From contig CBDFKD010000002.1 of NCBI GenBank assembly GCA_965248695.1, positions 5,568,001-5,632,000 on the forward strand: a stretch of 64,000 nt of DNA, written 5' to 3'. The notes under the pieces were generated by a model, which made no database searches, was not told the origin of the DNA, and saw nothing but the letters and a program-made list of their open reading frames with translations. Positions within the stretch are counted from its first letter, which is position 1. Every line of letters starts with the position of its first letter. The position numbers were made by a program, and so were the translations under genes. This DNA comes from Acidobacteriota bacterium (GTDB lineage Bacteria; Acidobacteriota; UBA890; WLXD01). Positions 29,943 through 39,101 of this stretch are shown here, one piece after another.

Positions 29943-31157
29943 ATGCGGGCGACGGTAGGGTGGGTCGGCTTGCACGTCGTCGTGTCCTGTTTTCTGGCCG
30001 CTCCGAACCCTCGCGATTCGATCGCGGAGAAATCGGCCTCGCCGGGTGGTATGGGAGCGAACACCACCGCCGCACGGGAAACAGGGACCGCGCAGACGCC
30101 AGAATACGACCAGGCGATCCAGGCGGGTGCGGCGGCGCTGCAGGCCGGCGACTTCGAGTCGGTTCTCAGGGCGACGACGGCCTATGAGCGTGCCCGCGAG
30201 CTGCGGCCGGAGAGTGTCGAAGCCTGCCTGGGGCTCGGCCGCTCGTACCGCCGCCTGTCCCTCCACGAGGAGACCCTCGCCCTCGTCGACGAGTGCCCCC
30301 CGCACCCGAACCTCGAACTGATGAGGGGCCGCACGCTGCTCCGGATGGGCATGGGGTCGGCGGCGCGAGCCGCCTTGGAGGCGGCGACGATGGCAGGCTC
30401 CGTGGAAGCGCGATTCGATCTCGCATTGCTGGTGCGGGATGAGGGCGATCTCGACGTCGCGGTGGAGCAGCTCGAAGCACTGATCCGGGTGCGGCCGCGC
30501 CGAGCGCTGGCGCACGTGCGCCTTGCCGAGCTGCACATCGATCGCGACGAGATCTCGGCCGCCGAGGAGTTGCTCCAGCGCGTTCTCAGCATGGAGGCCT
30601 GCTGCGCGGCGCAGGCGCACAACCTGCTCGGGTCCGTTCGCTACAAGGCCAGCGACCTAGAGGGTGCGGTAATGCACGCACGCGAGGCAATCAAGCTCGA
30701 CCCCGAGCTCAAGCTGGCTCATTACAACCTGGCGCTCGCCCTTCGCGCCAGCGGTCAGCGCCAAGAGGCCGAACGGGCGATGCAGCACTTCCAGGAGATG
30801 ACCAGCGCCGAGGAACAGCGCGAGCTCGACCAGAATCAGGCCACGCAGATCGGCCTGCGGAACGCACAGGGGCTCTACTACTTCCGCCGAGAACGCCCAG
30901 CCGAGGCGCTGGAGATCTTCGAGGCCGCGCTCGAGTTAGCGCCCGACGACGCTCTGATCCACTTCAACATCGGCCTGTCCAGGGCGGCGCTCTTTCAGCA
31001 CGAGGGTGCGATCACAGCACTGGAGAGAGCGCGCGAGCTGCAGCCGCAACGTGCGGAGACCTACGAGGTGCTCGCCGCCGTCTACCTTGCACTCGGTCGC
31101 GTCGACGACGCAGAGCGCATCGAAGAGCTGCGTCAGCAGCTCGAGGGGCAGCGCTGA
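29943..31157 (+). CDS. tetratricopeptide repeat protein
   Basis: Repeated TPR patterns (AHNLLG, AHYNLALAL, IHFNIG, ALELAPDD). Confidence 0.85.
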   Translation: MRATVGWVGLHVVVSCFLAAPNPRDSIAEKSASPGGMGANTTAARETGTAQTPEYDQAIQAGAAALQAGDFESVLRATTAYERARELRPESVEACLGLGRSYRRLSLHEETLALVDECPPHPNLELMRGRTLLRMGMGSAARAALEAATMAGSVEARFDLALLVRDEGDLDVAVEQLEALIRVRPRRALAHVRLAELHIDRDEISAAEELLQRVLSMEACCAAQAHNLLGSVRYKASDLEGAVMHAREAIKLDPELKLAHYNLALALRASGQRQEAERAMQHFQEMTSAEEQRELDQNQATQIGLRNAQGLYYFRRERPAEALEIFEAALELAPDDALIHFNIGLSRAALFQHEGAITALERARELQPQRAETYEVLAAVYLALGRVDDAERIEELRQQLEGQR

Positions 31158-31212
31158 AGAGCTCCGTCAGCAGCCCCGAGGGACAGCACTGAAGAGCTCC
31201 GTCAGCTGCCCC
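31122..31212 (+). repeat. tandem 34-35-bp repeat (about 2.6 copies) formed from the 3' end of the TPR gene
   Basis: GAAGAGCTGCGTCAGCAGCTCGAGGGGCAGCGCT / GAAGAGCTCCGTCAGCAGCCCCGAGGGACAGCACT / GAAGAGCTCCGTCAGCTGCCCC. Confidence 0.85.
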
Positions 31213-31219
31213 AAAACGA

Positions 31220-31252
31220 AACGAGCAGGGTGCGGTCAGCACCCTGCTCGTT
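31220..31252. terminator. probable intrinsic terminator between convergent genes
   Basis: Perfect 14-bp stem AACGAGCAGGGTGC-ggtca-GCACCCTGCTCGTT; T-rich tail on the minus strand, 21 nt after the TonB receptor stop. Confidence 0.75.
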
Positions 31253-31273
31253 CCTTCTTAGAGTGTCAGTGGC

Positions 31274-34168
31274 TCAGAAGGAGAGTCGCACACCCACCCG
31301 GAACTGCCTGCCGGGCAGGTATGAGCCCGAGTTCGTGGGCTGCCCGACGCGGGAGGTGCCGTCGCTGAAGGTCCGGTCGATTCGCCCATTCACGCCGGTC
31401 GGGGAGAAGGCGTTGAGCATGTTGAATCCGTCGAGCATCAACTCTACGCGGCCACTGTCCCCGTAATTGAAGGACTTCGAGAACCGCAGATCGAGCTGTT
31501 TATGGGCATCCCACCGCCTGCTGCGGACCGGCTCGATGGCCGTGGTGCTGTAGTCGGCGTTGCTCAATTGCGGGATCCCCCGGGATCCGTGCCTGATACT
31601 GAGGTTCCAGGGCCGACCCGACGACAGGTTGAAGTACATACCCGCGAGGATGCCTCCGGGCAGCCTGTAGTTGCTCAGCACCTTCCAGCTCCACGCCCTG
31701 CTGAAGCGCAACGGCCCCGACTCGGCGAAGGGGTGGCCAACGAAGTTCGGGTTGTCTGCTTGGTCAATGCCCCTACCCCAGACGCTCTGGCCGTCGCCGT
31801 TCTCCTTCGTTCCACGGTTGTTCTGGTAGGTGAGGGAGGTGCTGAAGTTGAGGCCGGAACCCGTTCGCCGTCGGTCCAGCGTAAGGGTCACGATGTCGTG
31901 CGTTCGTTTGTAGTAGTCGTCGTTGGAGTAGACGTTGTTGACCTGGCCGCTCTCTTTTTGGTAGAGCGTCTGGGTCAACGGGGTGTCGAGGAACCCGGGC
32001 ACTACCGGGCTGGTGAATTCGAAGGGCGTGAACACGTGGTCAATCGTGTCGTCGTAGTTGAAGAAGTTGCTGTCGTCCTTGTGGATATAGTCCAGGCCCG
32101 CGACCCAGTTGTCGACGAACTCAAACTCGATACCGACATTGAAGACGTCGGTATGCAGCGAGTGCAAGTCCTCCGGGATCGGGAACTGTGGCGCATTCAG
32201 CGAGTTCAGGTTTTCGGGTTGGAACGTCGCTGCCTGCAGCGCCAGCAGTTGGTCGGGGGTCGGGTTGTTCGGGTCGTAGTTGTCAGGGAAGAAACCGTCG
32301 GGAATCGCGAAGCCGTACGACGCGTAGGGTGCGAAATCGGGTGCGCGAAAAGCGCCGCCGCTGGCTCTCGAGACGTGTCCGATGGCTACCTTCTCGAAGT
32401 AGCGGCCCCAGCTGCCATGCGCGACCAGGCGGCCGTCGCCGGCCAGATCCCAGGTACCACCAAGGCGTGGCGCCAAGTTGTAGTACTTCGTGATCAGCCC
32501 CGATCCCGATGGAGCCCAGGGAGATCCGAACTCGGTCCGCTGACCGTCCCTCTGGTCGTAACCATTCGTCCGGTCGTAGCGCAGCCCGAGGTTGAGGGTG
32601 ATGTTGTCGGTCGGGCTGGCGTTGTCCTGGATGAACGCCGAGCTGCGAACGATGTTGGCCTCGAGGCCAACGTCGTAGATCGACCCGTATACGTACGATC
32701 CATAGGTAAACAGACCGCCTTGGCCGGTATAACCACTGATCCAGGCGGACCAGCTGTCGTTGTAGTCGATACCCACCTTGACGTCATGCGACGCACCCAG
32801 GAAGTTATCGACATACTGGGTCAGCGTTGCCGTCACCTCTGTCCGGGCGTTGGTTTCGTCCTCCAGGAAGCCTCGGGTGATCCTCCTGAACCCGCTGTAC
32901 CAGTAATCGGGTAGGTCGCAGCACACGAGCGGGAGGCGCAAGAAGGCGCCGCTGTAGCCTGCGAAGCGCAGATCGGTGAAGGTGTTGTCGCCGAGTTGGC
33001 TTTGCAAGCTGGCCAGCCAGGTCGTGGTGCGGTAGGTGGTGTCCATGGCGACGTGTAGCGGCGAGCCTGCTCGCAGATCCTTGTTGAACTCTCCGCCCGG
33101 ATCATGGTTGATCATGAAACCGAGCGTGTGGCGGTCGCTGAGCAGGAAATCCAGCCTGCCGTGCAAACGCCACCTGTCGTTGCGCTGCTGGGCATCTTCG
33201 ACGGCGATCCCACCGTCCAGCCAAACCTGGTCGGCGACGACGGAATCTTTCGTTTCCTGACGGGCGGCGCTGGCAAAGAAAAGCGCCTTGTTGCGCACGA
33301 TCGGGCCACCGACGGTGAGGGAAATGTCGCGGTCGTAGGAGAACTTTCCGCGCGCCTGATCCGGGTGGCGGTGGTTGTCGCTTCTCATACCGCCGTTCTG
33401 GAAGTAGAAGGAGCCCGTGCCATGAAACTCGTTGGTGCCCCCCTTGGTCACCATGTTGACCATGGCGCCCGTGAAGTTGCTGTACTCGGCACTAGCGCCG
33501 ACACCGACAATCTGGATCTCGGCGATCGCGTCTACGTTCGGGTTGACCCAGGTGCTGCCCCAGTCGCCCTCATTGACGTCAACGCCGTTGAGCCGGTAGC
33601 CATTGGTCGCGGCGCCCACGCGGTGCACGCTGGAGCCTTCGGAGTGGTTGCCACCGGCGCCGTAGGCACCCTTGTCGGCGAAGCCAGGGGCGAAGTTCGT
33701 GATCTCGGCGAACTCACGCGCCACCGGAATGTTGTCCAGCAGCTCCGCAGTGTAGCTCGTGTCGAGCGCTGACGACGTGATGTCGATCAACGGAGTTTCG
33801 GAGATCACGGTGACCGTCTCTGAGACCCCGGCCAGTTCCATCATTGCAGTGATGTTCGAGGTCGAGCCTACGTTCACCGGGACGTTATAGGCAACCGACT
33901 GGAACCCGGTCAGCGAGACCGTAACGAGGTACGTTCCCGGCCTGAGATTCCGAAACCGGAAAGTCCCACCGACGTCGGTTGTCTGGGTAAGAGATTCCTG
34001 GATGAGGTTGTCTCCCTCCACGGTGACGCTGACTCCGGGCAGCCCAGCACCATCGGCGTCTTGAACTTCTCCGGCGATGATTCCGGTAGCACGCGCGCCC
34101 TGCGCCATTACCTGCGCGGGGAGTACGAGGAGTAATGCGACGGTCAGAACCGCTAGCTTGGTGCGCAT
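31274..34168 (-). CDS. TonB-dependent outer-membrane receptor (Oar-like, N-terminal carboxypeptidase-regulatory domain)
   Basis: Signal peptide; GAGLPGVSVTV, VTKGGTNEFHG, TLNLGLRYD, NLAPRLG; ends VRLSF; GGAGGA RBS before ATG 34168. Confidence 0.92.
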   Translation of the reverse strand: MRTKLAVLTVALLLVLPAQVMAQGARATGIIAGEVQDADGAGLPGVSVTVEGDNLIQESLTQTTDVGGTFRFRNLRPGTYLVTVSLTGFQSVAYNVPVNVGSTSNITAMMELAGVSETVTVISETPLIDITSSALDTSYTAELLDNIPVAREFAEITNFAPGFADKGAYGAGGNHSEGSSVHRVGAATNGYRLNGVDVNEGDWGSTWVNPNVDAIAEIQIVGVGASAEYSNFTGAMVNMVTKGGTNEFHGTGSFYFQNGGMRSDNHRHPDQARGKFSYDRDISLTVGGPIVRNKALFFASAARQETKDSVVADQVWLDGGIAVEDAQQRNDRWRLHGRLDFLLSDRHTLGFMINHDPGGEFNKDLRAGSPLHVAMDTTYRTTTWLASLQSQLGDNTFTDLRFAGYSGAFLRLPLVCCDLPDYWYSGFRRITRGFLEDETNARTEVTATLTQYVDNFLGASHDVKVGIDYNDSWSAWISGYTGQGGLFTYGSYVYGSIYDVGLEANIVRSSAFIQDNASPTDNITLNLGLRYDRTNGYDQRDGQRTEFGSPWAPSGSGLITKYYNLAPRLGGTWDLAGDGRLVAHGSWGRYFEKVAIGHVSRASGGAFRAPDFAPYASYGFAIPDGFFPDNYDPNNPTPDQLLALQAATFQPENLNSLNAPQFPIPEDLHSLHTDVFNVGIEFEFVDNWVAGLDYIHKDDSNFFNYDDTIDHVFTPFEFTSPVVPGFLDTPLTQTLYQKESGQVNNVYSNDDYYKRTHDIVTLTLDRRRTGSGLNFSTSLTYQNNRGTKENGDGQSVWGRGIDQADNPNFVGHPFAESGPLRFSRAWSWKVLSNYRLPGGILAGMYFNLSSGRPWNLSIRHGSRGIPQLSNADYSTTAIEPVRSRRWDAHKQLDLRFSKSFNYGDSGRVELMLDGFNMLNAFSPTGVNGRIDRTFSDGTSRVGQPTNSGSYLPGRQFRVGVRLSF

Positions 34169-34232
34169 TCCACTTCCTCCTGGGGGGAGATGCCCGTCAT
34201 CCAAACGGACAATGCTTATGTGAACGTTTACG

Positions 34233-34249
34233 TGCAAAAAACGTGCCGA
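34233..34249 (-). promoter_or_regulatory. sigma54 (-24/-12) promoter of the TonB receptor gene
   Basis: Minus strand TCGGCACGTTTTTTGCA versus consensus YTGGCACG-N4-TTGCW; exact GG-N10-GC spacing; about 65 bp upstream of the ATG. Confidence 0.7.
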
Positions 34250-34459
34250 TCGCCCTGTTCGCGGCGTCTCGGTCGGCACCGCGCTTGTGCAAACTCAATA
34301 TCTCCGGTCGCCAGACCCACTCTTACTGGGCGATTCCGTCTAATATCCCGAGCGGTCATTAATTGACTGGAAGGCGAACACAGCACGAAACGGGAGGCGC
34401 TCTGCGGGTCCGCAGCGCCTCCGGGCGTCACTGAATCCAACTAGTTGGGTCACTCGATC

Positions 34460-34496
34460 CAATGATTTGGGCCCTGTTTCAATGATTTGATCCCTG
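34460..34496. repeat. 17-bp direct repeat pair with a 20-bp period (candidate activator or operator sites)
   Basis: CAATGATTTGGGCCCTG at 34460 and CAATGATTTGATCCCTG at 34480. Confidence 0.55.
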
Positions 34497-34505
34497 CACT
34501 TCTAT

Positions 34506-35765
34506 TGACCTGACCCCGCGGTTAGTACCATGTCTTATCTCAGTAACTCGGTGCTGACAAGAGGTTGTTGAGGCCGGCGAAGCGGAGCGCAGCCGGCTTC
34601 AACAACGTCGCTTCGGGTGCGGGCGGCCGATAGCTCAGCGAGCTGTGCGGTCGCATGCGGTTGTAGTGCTGACGCCATCTCTCGATCAGAACCTTTGCCT
34701 CCTTGAGCGTGTAGAAGATCTCTCCATCCAGCAGCTCGTCGCGTAGCTTGCCGTTGAAGCTCTCCACGTAACCGTTCTCCCACGGCGAGCCCGGCTCGAT
34801 GAACAGCGTCCCCACGCCCAACCGGCCCAGCCAGTCGCGAACCGCCTCGGCGGTGAACTCTGGTCCGTTATCCGACCGGATGTGCTCAGGTATGCCCCGG
34901 TGTACGAACAACCTCCCGAGCTGCTCCAGCACGTCCTCAGAGTTGAGCTTCCGTGCTACATGGATCGCCAGGCTTTCTCGTGTGTACTCATCGACGATCG
35001 TCAGCAGCCTCATAGCCCGACCGTCGTGCGTCCGGTGGTGCAGGAAGTCATACGCCCAGACATGATCCCGGTGCTGTGGGCGCAGCCGGATGCAGGAGCC
35101 ATCGCTCAGCCACAGCCGTGCTCGTTTGGGCTGTTTTCTCGGTACTTTCAGCCCTTCGCGCCGCCAGATACGCTGCACTCGTTTGTGGTTCACGGACCAG
35201 CCCTCCATGCGCAGCAACGCTGTCACCCTCCGATATCCGTAGCGCCCGTACTGTCGGGCTAAATCCACGATCCGCTCCGTCAAAATCTGCTCCTGTTGCG
35301 GCTCTCTTGGCACGTACCGGTGTGTCGTGCGTGGTTGTTTCAGTACCCGACACGCCCGCCTCTCCGAGACGCCCAGCCGCCCCCGTACATGTGCCACCGC
35401 CTCTCGCCGCCGAGCTGGGCTCAGAAGTTTCCCTCCGCCACTTCCTTCAGGATCGACAGGTCGAGTTCCTTTTCCGCCACCAGCCTCTTGAGCCGGGCAT
35501 TCTCCTTCTCCAGTTGCTTGAGCTTTCTGGCCTGGTTGAGCTTCAGTCCGCCGTACTCTCGCCGCCACCGGTAGTAGGTGTGCTCGGTGATTGCTAGCTT
35601 GCGGCAGGCATCCTTGACCGTCGCCCCTCGAGCCAGCTCCACCTCAGCCTCCCGGAGCTTGCGTACGATCTGCTCGGCGCTGTGCCTCTTACTCGGCATT
35701 CTGACCTCCCGTTCTTGACCCAGATCGTGAGATTACATCCGGATCCGTTTTCGGGGGTCAGGTCA
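34506..35765 (-). mobile_element. IS3-family insertion sequence (IS407-group-like), 1260 bp, apparently intact
   Basis: TG...CA ends with 12-bp identical IR TGACCTGACCCC; CTAT target duplication at 34502-34505 and 35766-35769; orfA and orfB present. Confidence 0.95.
34540..35699 (-). CDS. IS3 transposase OrfAB (orfA 35421-35699 plus orfB, joined by -1 frameshift)
   Basis: OrfA HTH (EQIVRKLRE, TYYRWR); OrfB DDE (WAYDF, SDNGPEF, ESFNGKLRDE); slippery G GGA AAC just before the orfA stop. Confidence 0.92.
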
Positions 35766-36043
35766 CTATCACCCGAGCCGGCCCTTCGCAGTTGAATTTG
35801 ACCTGCGTGAGCCTAGTCGCCGGTTTATTAGCACCGCGCCACGACCGCTGTCAATGAGCAGCAGCCGCACGAGGCGTGCCAATTCACACGCAGCGGATGC
35901 CACGAATTCCCTCGAGCTTCCTCACACTTCCGTGTCGGCTGTGGACTCGGATCGCGGCGTGGAGCAGGCAGCGGATCCATGCTTGAATCATCCGGGTGGC
36001 TCGCCGGTAGCAAGCCAACGACTCGCGTACCGAAGGAGGGAGC

Positions 36044-37696
36044 GTGAAAAGGCGTGACTTCATCAAGCTCGGAGCAGCTGTCGGCGCCATCGCAAGTGGG
36101 CCAACTACGCCATCTGCGGCCGCGGAACAGCGCCCAATGACCGGATCCGAGGCCCACCTGTCAAGGGGTGGCCGCGACCTGGCGATCGTCAACGCCAAGA
36201 TCGTCACGATGGAGGCAGGACAGCCGGAAGCCGAAGCTGCCCTTGTTCGTGATGGTCGCCTGATCCTGGTGGGCGATACGAACGAGGTGCGCTCGCAGGC
36301 CGGGCGCGTACCGATCTTCGACGCCGCTGGGCGGACGGTCGTACCAGGATTCATCGATGCACACACCCACTTCGAGGTGGCCTGCACCGCCGAGGCCTAC
36401 ATGGCGAAGGTTCACACGCCGCCGCTCGGCAGCCTTCGAGAGGTCATCAACGTCTTGCGCGCCAAGACAGCCGAGACACCAGCGGGTGAATGGGTGATCG
36501 CTCGCGGCTCGTTCGCGCTCGAGCGGCGCGTCAGCGAGGGCCGGTTGCTAGATCGGCACGATCTCGACGCCATCACCGAGAACCACCCCTTGATCGTGTT
36601 CTCCGGACGCCACGTGTCGATGCTGAACACGAAGGCGATCCACACGATGGGGCTCTGGGACGCGGACTCGACGCCGCCGCCTGGAGCGATCGTTCATCGC
36701 GACGCCGCCGGCATACCGACCGGGACCGCGACCGAGCTCTACTATCTGCTGCCCGAGTATTCGATCGAACAGGTCAAGGCCGCCATCCGCCAGCACGTCG
36801 GTCCGATGTTCGTCGCCAACGGTACGACCTCCGTCTATACCGTCCCCTACTCCACCAGCGACATCACCGCCGACCTGGAGCTACAAGCAGCCGGCGAGCT
36901 GCCCCTGCGGGTGCGCATGTACTACCACGTGCCCCACATGATCTCGCTGCAGGGTTTTCTAGATACCGGTCTGGTCTCCGGCTTCGGCGACGACATGTTT
37001 CGATTGGGCGGTGTAAAGCTCTTCGTCGACGGGCTCGGCGGCAATGGTCTCGGGGAGCCGCTCGAAGACTTCAAGTGGACCCAGGAGGAGCTCGACGAGA
37101 TCGTGTTCCAGGCTCACACGCGGGACCACCAGGTGCTGATGCACGTGATCACGCCGGGGGCCGTTCATCGAGCCGCGACCGCCGTGGAGAAAGCCCTGCA
37201 ACGCGATCCCCGACCCCATCGTCACCGGCTCGAGCACGGTGGCAGTGTCGAGACCGTCGAGGAGATGCGCTGGCTGCGCGATCTGGGATTGCGTCTGGTC
37301 GTCACCCCCAGCCGTGGCCGGCCGGGACGTCGGACCCCGCGCTACCGCACGCTGGTGGATGAGGGACTCGAGATCATCGGCATCACCGATACCACCGGCA
37401 CCGTGCCGGGGTCCTCCGCCCCAATGCCGAAGATCGCGGCGGCGATGGTATCGGTCGATGAGGGCGGCGGGGCGCCCGTCGGAGAGACGCTGACCTTCGA
37501 AGAGGCCCTGCGTCTGTACACGCTGTGGGCGGCACGCGGTGGTCGGGAAGAAGCCGACAAGGGCTCGATCGCCGTCGGCAAGCTAGGCGACTTTGCGGTG
37601 CTCTCCGATGACCCCCGAGACCTTGCCGGTGAGGACCTGTTCGGAGTCCAAGCAGAGGCGACGATCCTCGGCGGCGAGGTCGTCTTCGAGCGCTAG
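36044..37696 (+). CDS. Tat-exported metal-dependent amidohydrolase (Amidohydro_3 / YtcJ-NfdA-like)
   Basis: KRRDFIK signal; PGFIDAHTH, GGVKLFVDG, RHRLEH, KGSIAVGKLGDFAVL. Confidence 0.9.
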   Translation: MKRRDFIKLGAAVGAIASGPTTPSAAAEQRPMTGSEAHLSRGGRDLAIVNAKIVTMEAGQPEAEAALVRDGRLILVGDTNEVRSQAGRVPIFDAAGRTVVPGFIDAHTHFEVACTAEAYMAKVHTPPLGSLREVINVLRAKTAETPAGEWVIARGSFALERRVSEGRLLDRHDLDAITENHPLIVFSGRHVSMLNTKAIHTMGLWDADSTPPPGAIVHRDAAGIPTGTATELYYLLPEYSIEQVKAAIRQHVGPMFVANGTTSVYTVPYSTSDITADLELQAAGELPLRVRMYYHVPHMISLQGFLDTGLVSGFGDDMFRLGGVKLFVDGLGGNGLGEPLEDFKWTQEELDEIVFQAHTRDHQVLMHVITPGAVHRAATAVEKALQRDPRPHRHRLEHGGSVETVEEMRWLRDLGLRLVVTPSRGRPGRRTPRYRTLVDEGLEIIGITDTTGTVPGSSAPMPKIAAAMVSVDEGGGAPVGETLTFEEALRLYTLWAARGGREEADKGSIAVGKLGDFAVLSDDPRDLAGEDLFGVQAEATILGGEVVFER

Positions 37697-37737
37697 TGTC
37701 CTGTTAAACCGTAGGCAGGCTCCATGCCGGTAAACTT

Positions 37738-38790
37738 TCAATCCGGCTCGGGCAGAGAACCGAAGATGCTCTTGGGTAGCATCACGTGCACCCCGAGGCT
37801 ATCGTCGACGATCTGTGTCATGCGCAGGTAGGCGGCCATGCTGGCGAGCCGGTTCGCTTCGCCTGGAGTCAGCGACCGCGTCTCCACGAGGAAGTCGATC
37901 GCCTCCTGAACCGCGATCCGCGTGGCCGTCGCGAGGTCCGGGTCCGACCCCATGGCGATGAAATGGGTCGGTGTCTCGGCGCGCGGCCAGCGCAGATGCA
38001 AGTCCTTGCGGACGATCAGCTGCAGGCGGCCGCGCAGCGAGCTCTCCAGTGCCGTGCCCCCCAACTCGCCATCGCCCTGGGCGGCGTGACCGTCGCCGAC
38101 GGTGAGCAACGCACCCTCGACAAACACCGGCAAGAAAAGCGTCGTCCCGCCCACCAGCTCCTGGTTGTCGATATTGCCGCCAAAGTTGGCCGGTGGGTTG
38201 GTGCTCACGCGCCCGAGCTCCGGCGGCGGCGCCACCCCCAGAATGCCGAAGAACGGCCGCAGCGGGACGTCGACCCCATGCACCGGCGCGACCATGCGTT
38301 CCATATCGAAGCGGATGAGCTGACTGCGGGGCTCCTCGCAGTTCTCCGGCACGTAGGTCCAGGCCGGGCTGCAGGCGTGGTAGCCGTACGGGATCGCCAC
38401 CTCGACGTCGAGGATCCGTATCTCGAGGGCATCTCCTGGTTGTGCCCCCTCAACCCAGATCGGTCCGGTGACGATGTGGCCGCCGGGACCGCGGTCGGTG
38501 ACCTCCGCGTAGATGGCCCGCAAAGAATCCTGGATCTCCGAGGGCGCAGCACCCAGATCCTCGAGATTGTCCGGGCCGGAGGTGATCAGGCTGTCGACAT
38601 CGACGACATCACCCGACTCGACCCGCAATACCGGCGCCAGCCGCGCATCGAAATACCCCCAGGCAACGGTCTGCGGCGTTGCCTCGAGCCGATGCACGGT
38701 TCCGGATACCTGACTCGGACGGGTGCCGGGAGTAGCAACGACCGCACCAACGCATACGAGCAATCCCACCACCGTTAGCGTGATCCTCAT
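37738..38790 (-). CDS. acetamidase/formamidase family protein with signal peptide
   Basis: HIVTGPIWVEGAQPGD, PFFGILGVAP, GGNIDN, GDGHAAQGDGE; start placed at ATG 38790. Confidence 0.9.
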   Translation of the reverse strand: MRITLTVVGLLVCVGAVVATPGTRPSQVSGTVHRLEATPQTVAWGYFDARLAPVLRVESGDVVDVDSLITSGPDNLEDLGAAPSEIQDSLRAIYAEVTDRGPGGHIVTGPIWVEGAQPGDALEIRILDVEVAIPYGYHACSPAWTYVPENCEEPRSQLIRFDMERMVAPVHGVDVPLRPFFGILGVAPPPELGRVSTNPPANFGGNIDNQELVGGTTLFLPVFVEGALLTVGDGHAAQGDGELGGTALESSLRGRLQLIVRKDLHLRWPRAETPTHFIAMGSDPDLATATRIAVQEAIDFLVETRSLTPGEANRLASMAAYLRMTQIVDDSLGVHVMLPKSIFGSLPEPD

Positions 38791-39101
38791 GAATATCCTC
38801 TCGACTGGTCTGTCATGGTCATTTTGTCCACTTGGCGATCCCGAACGCCGACGATCGGCGTTCGTCGCACCGCATCGCGCCAGGCTCACCGCTCGAATCA
38901 GATCTCCTGACAGGACGCTAGCGCCTGAGCACGCTACAGCGACCGGAGCGACGATTCCAGCGACCGTGTCTTCGTCTTCCGGTTCTGCCCGCCGTTCGTC
39001 TTGAGCAGCCCCACGCATCAGTGGTTGAATCCAGGCGTCCCGGTACCGACCCCGCCAAGCACGTGACTCGACGGGCGGATCTGGGGAACCCTAGGGTACA
39101 G

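Noticed and set aside
31122-31212. Repeats of about 35 bp as a CRISPR array
   Set aside because: Units are directly adjacent with no unique spacers, derive from the gene's coding end, and no cas genes are present
35867-35882. Minus-strand TTGGCACGCCTCGTGC as a sigma54 promoter
   Set aside because: The -12 element is GTGC, it points into the IS, and a better site lies next to the receptor gene; it may simply be a GCACG palindrome
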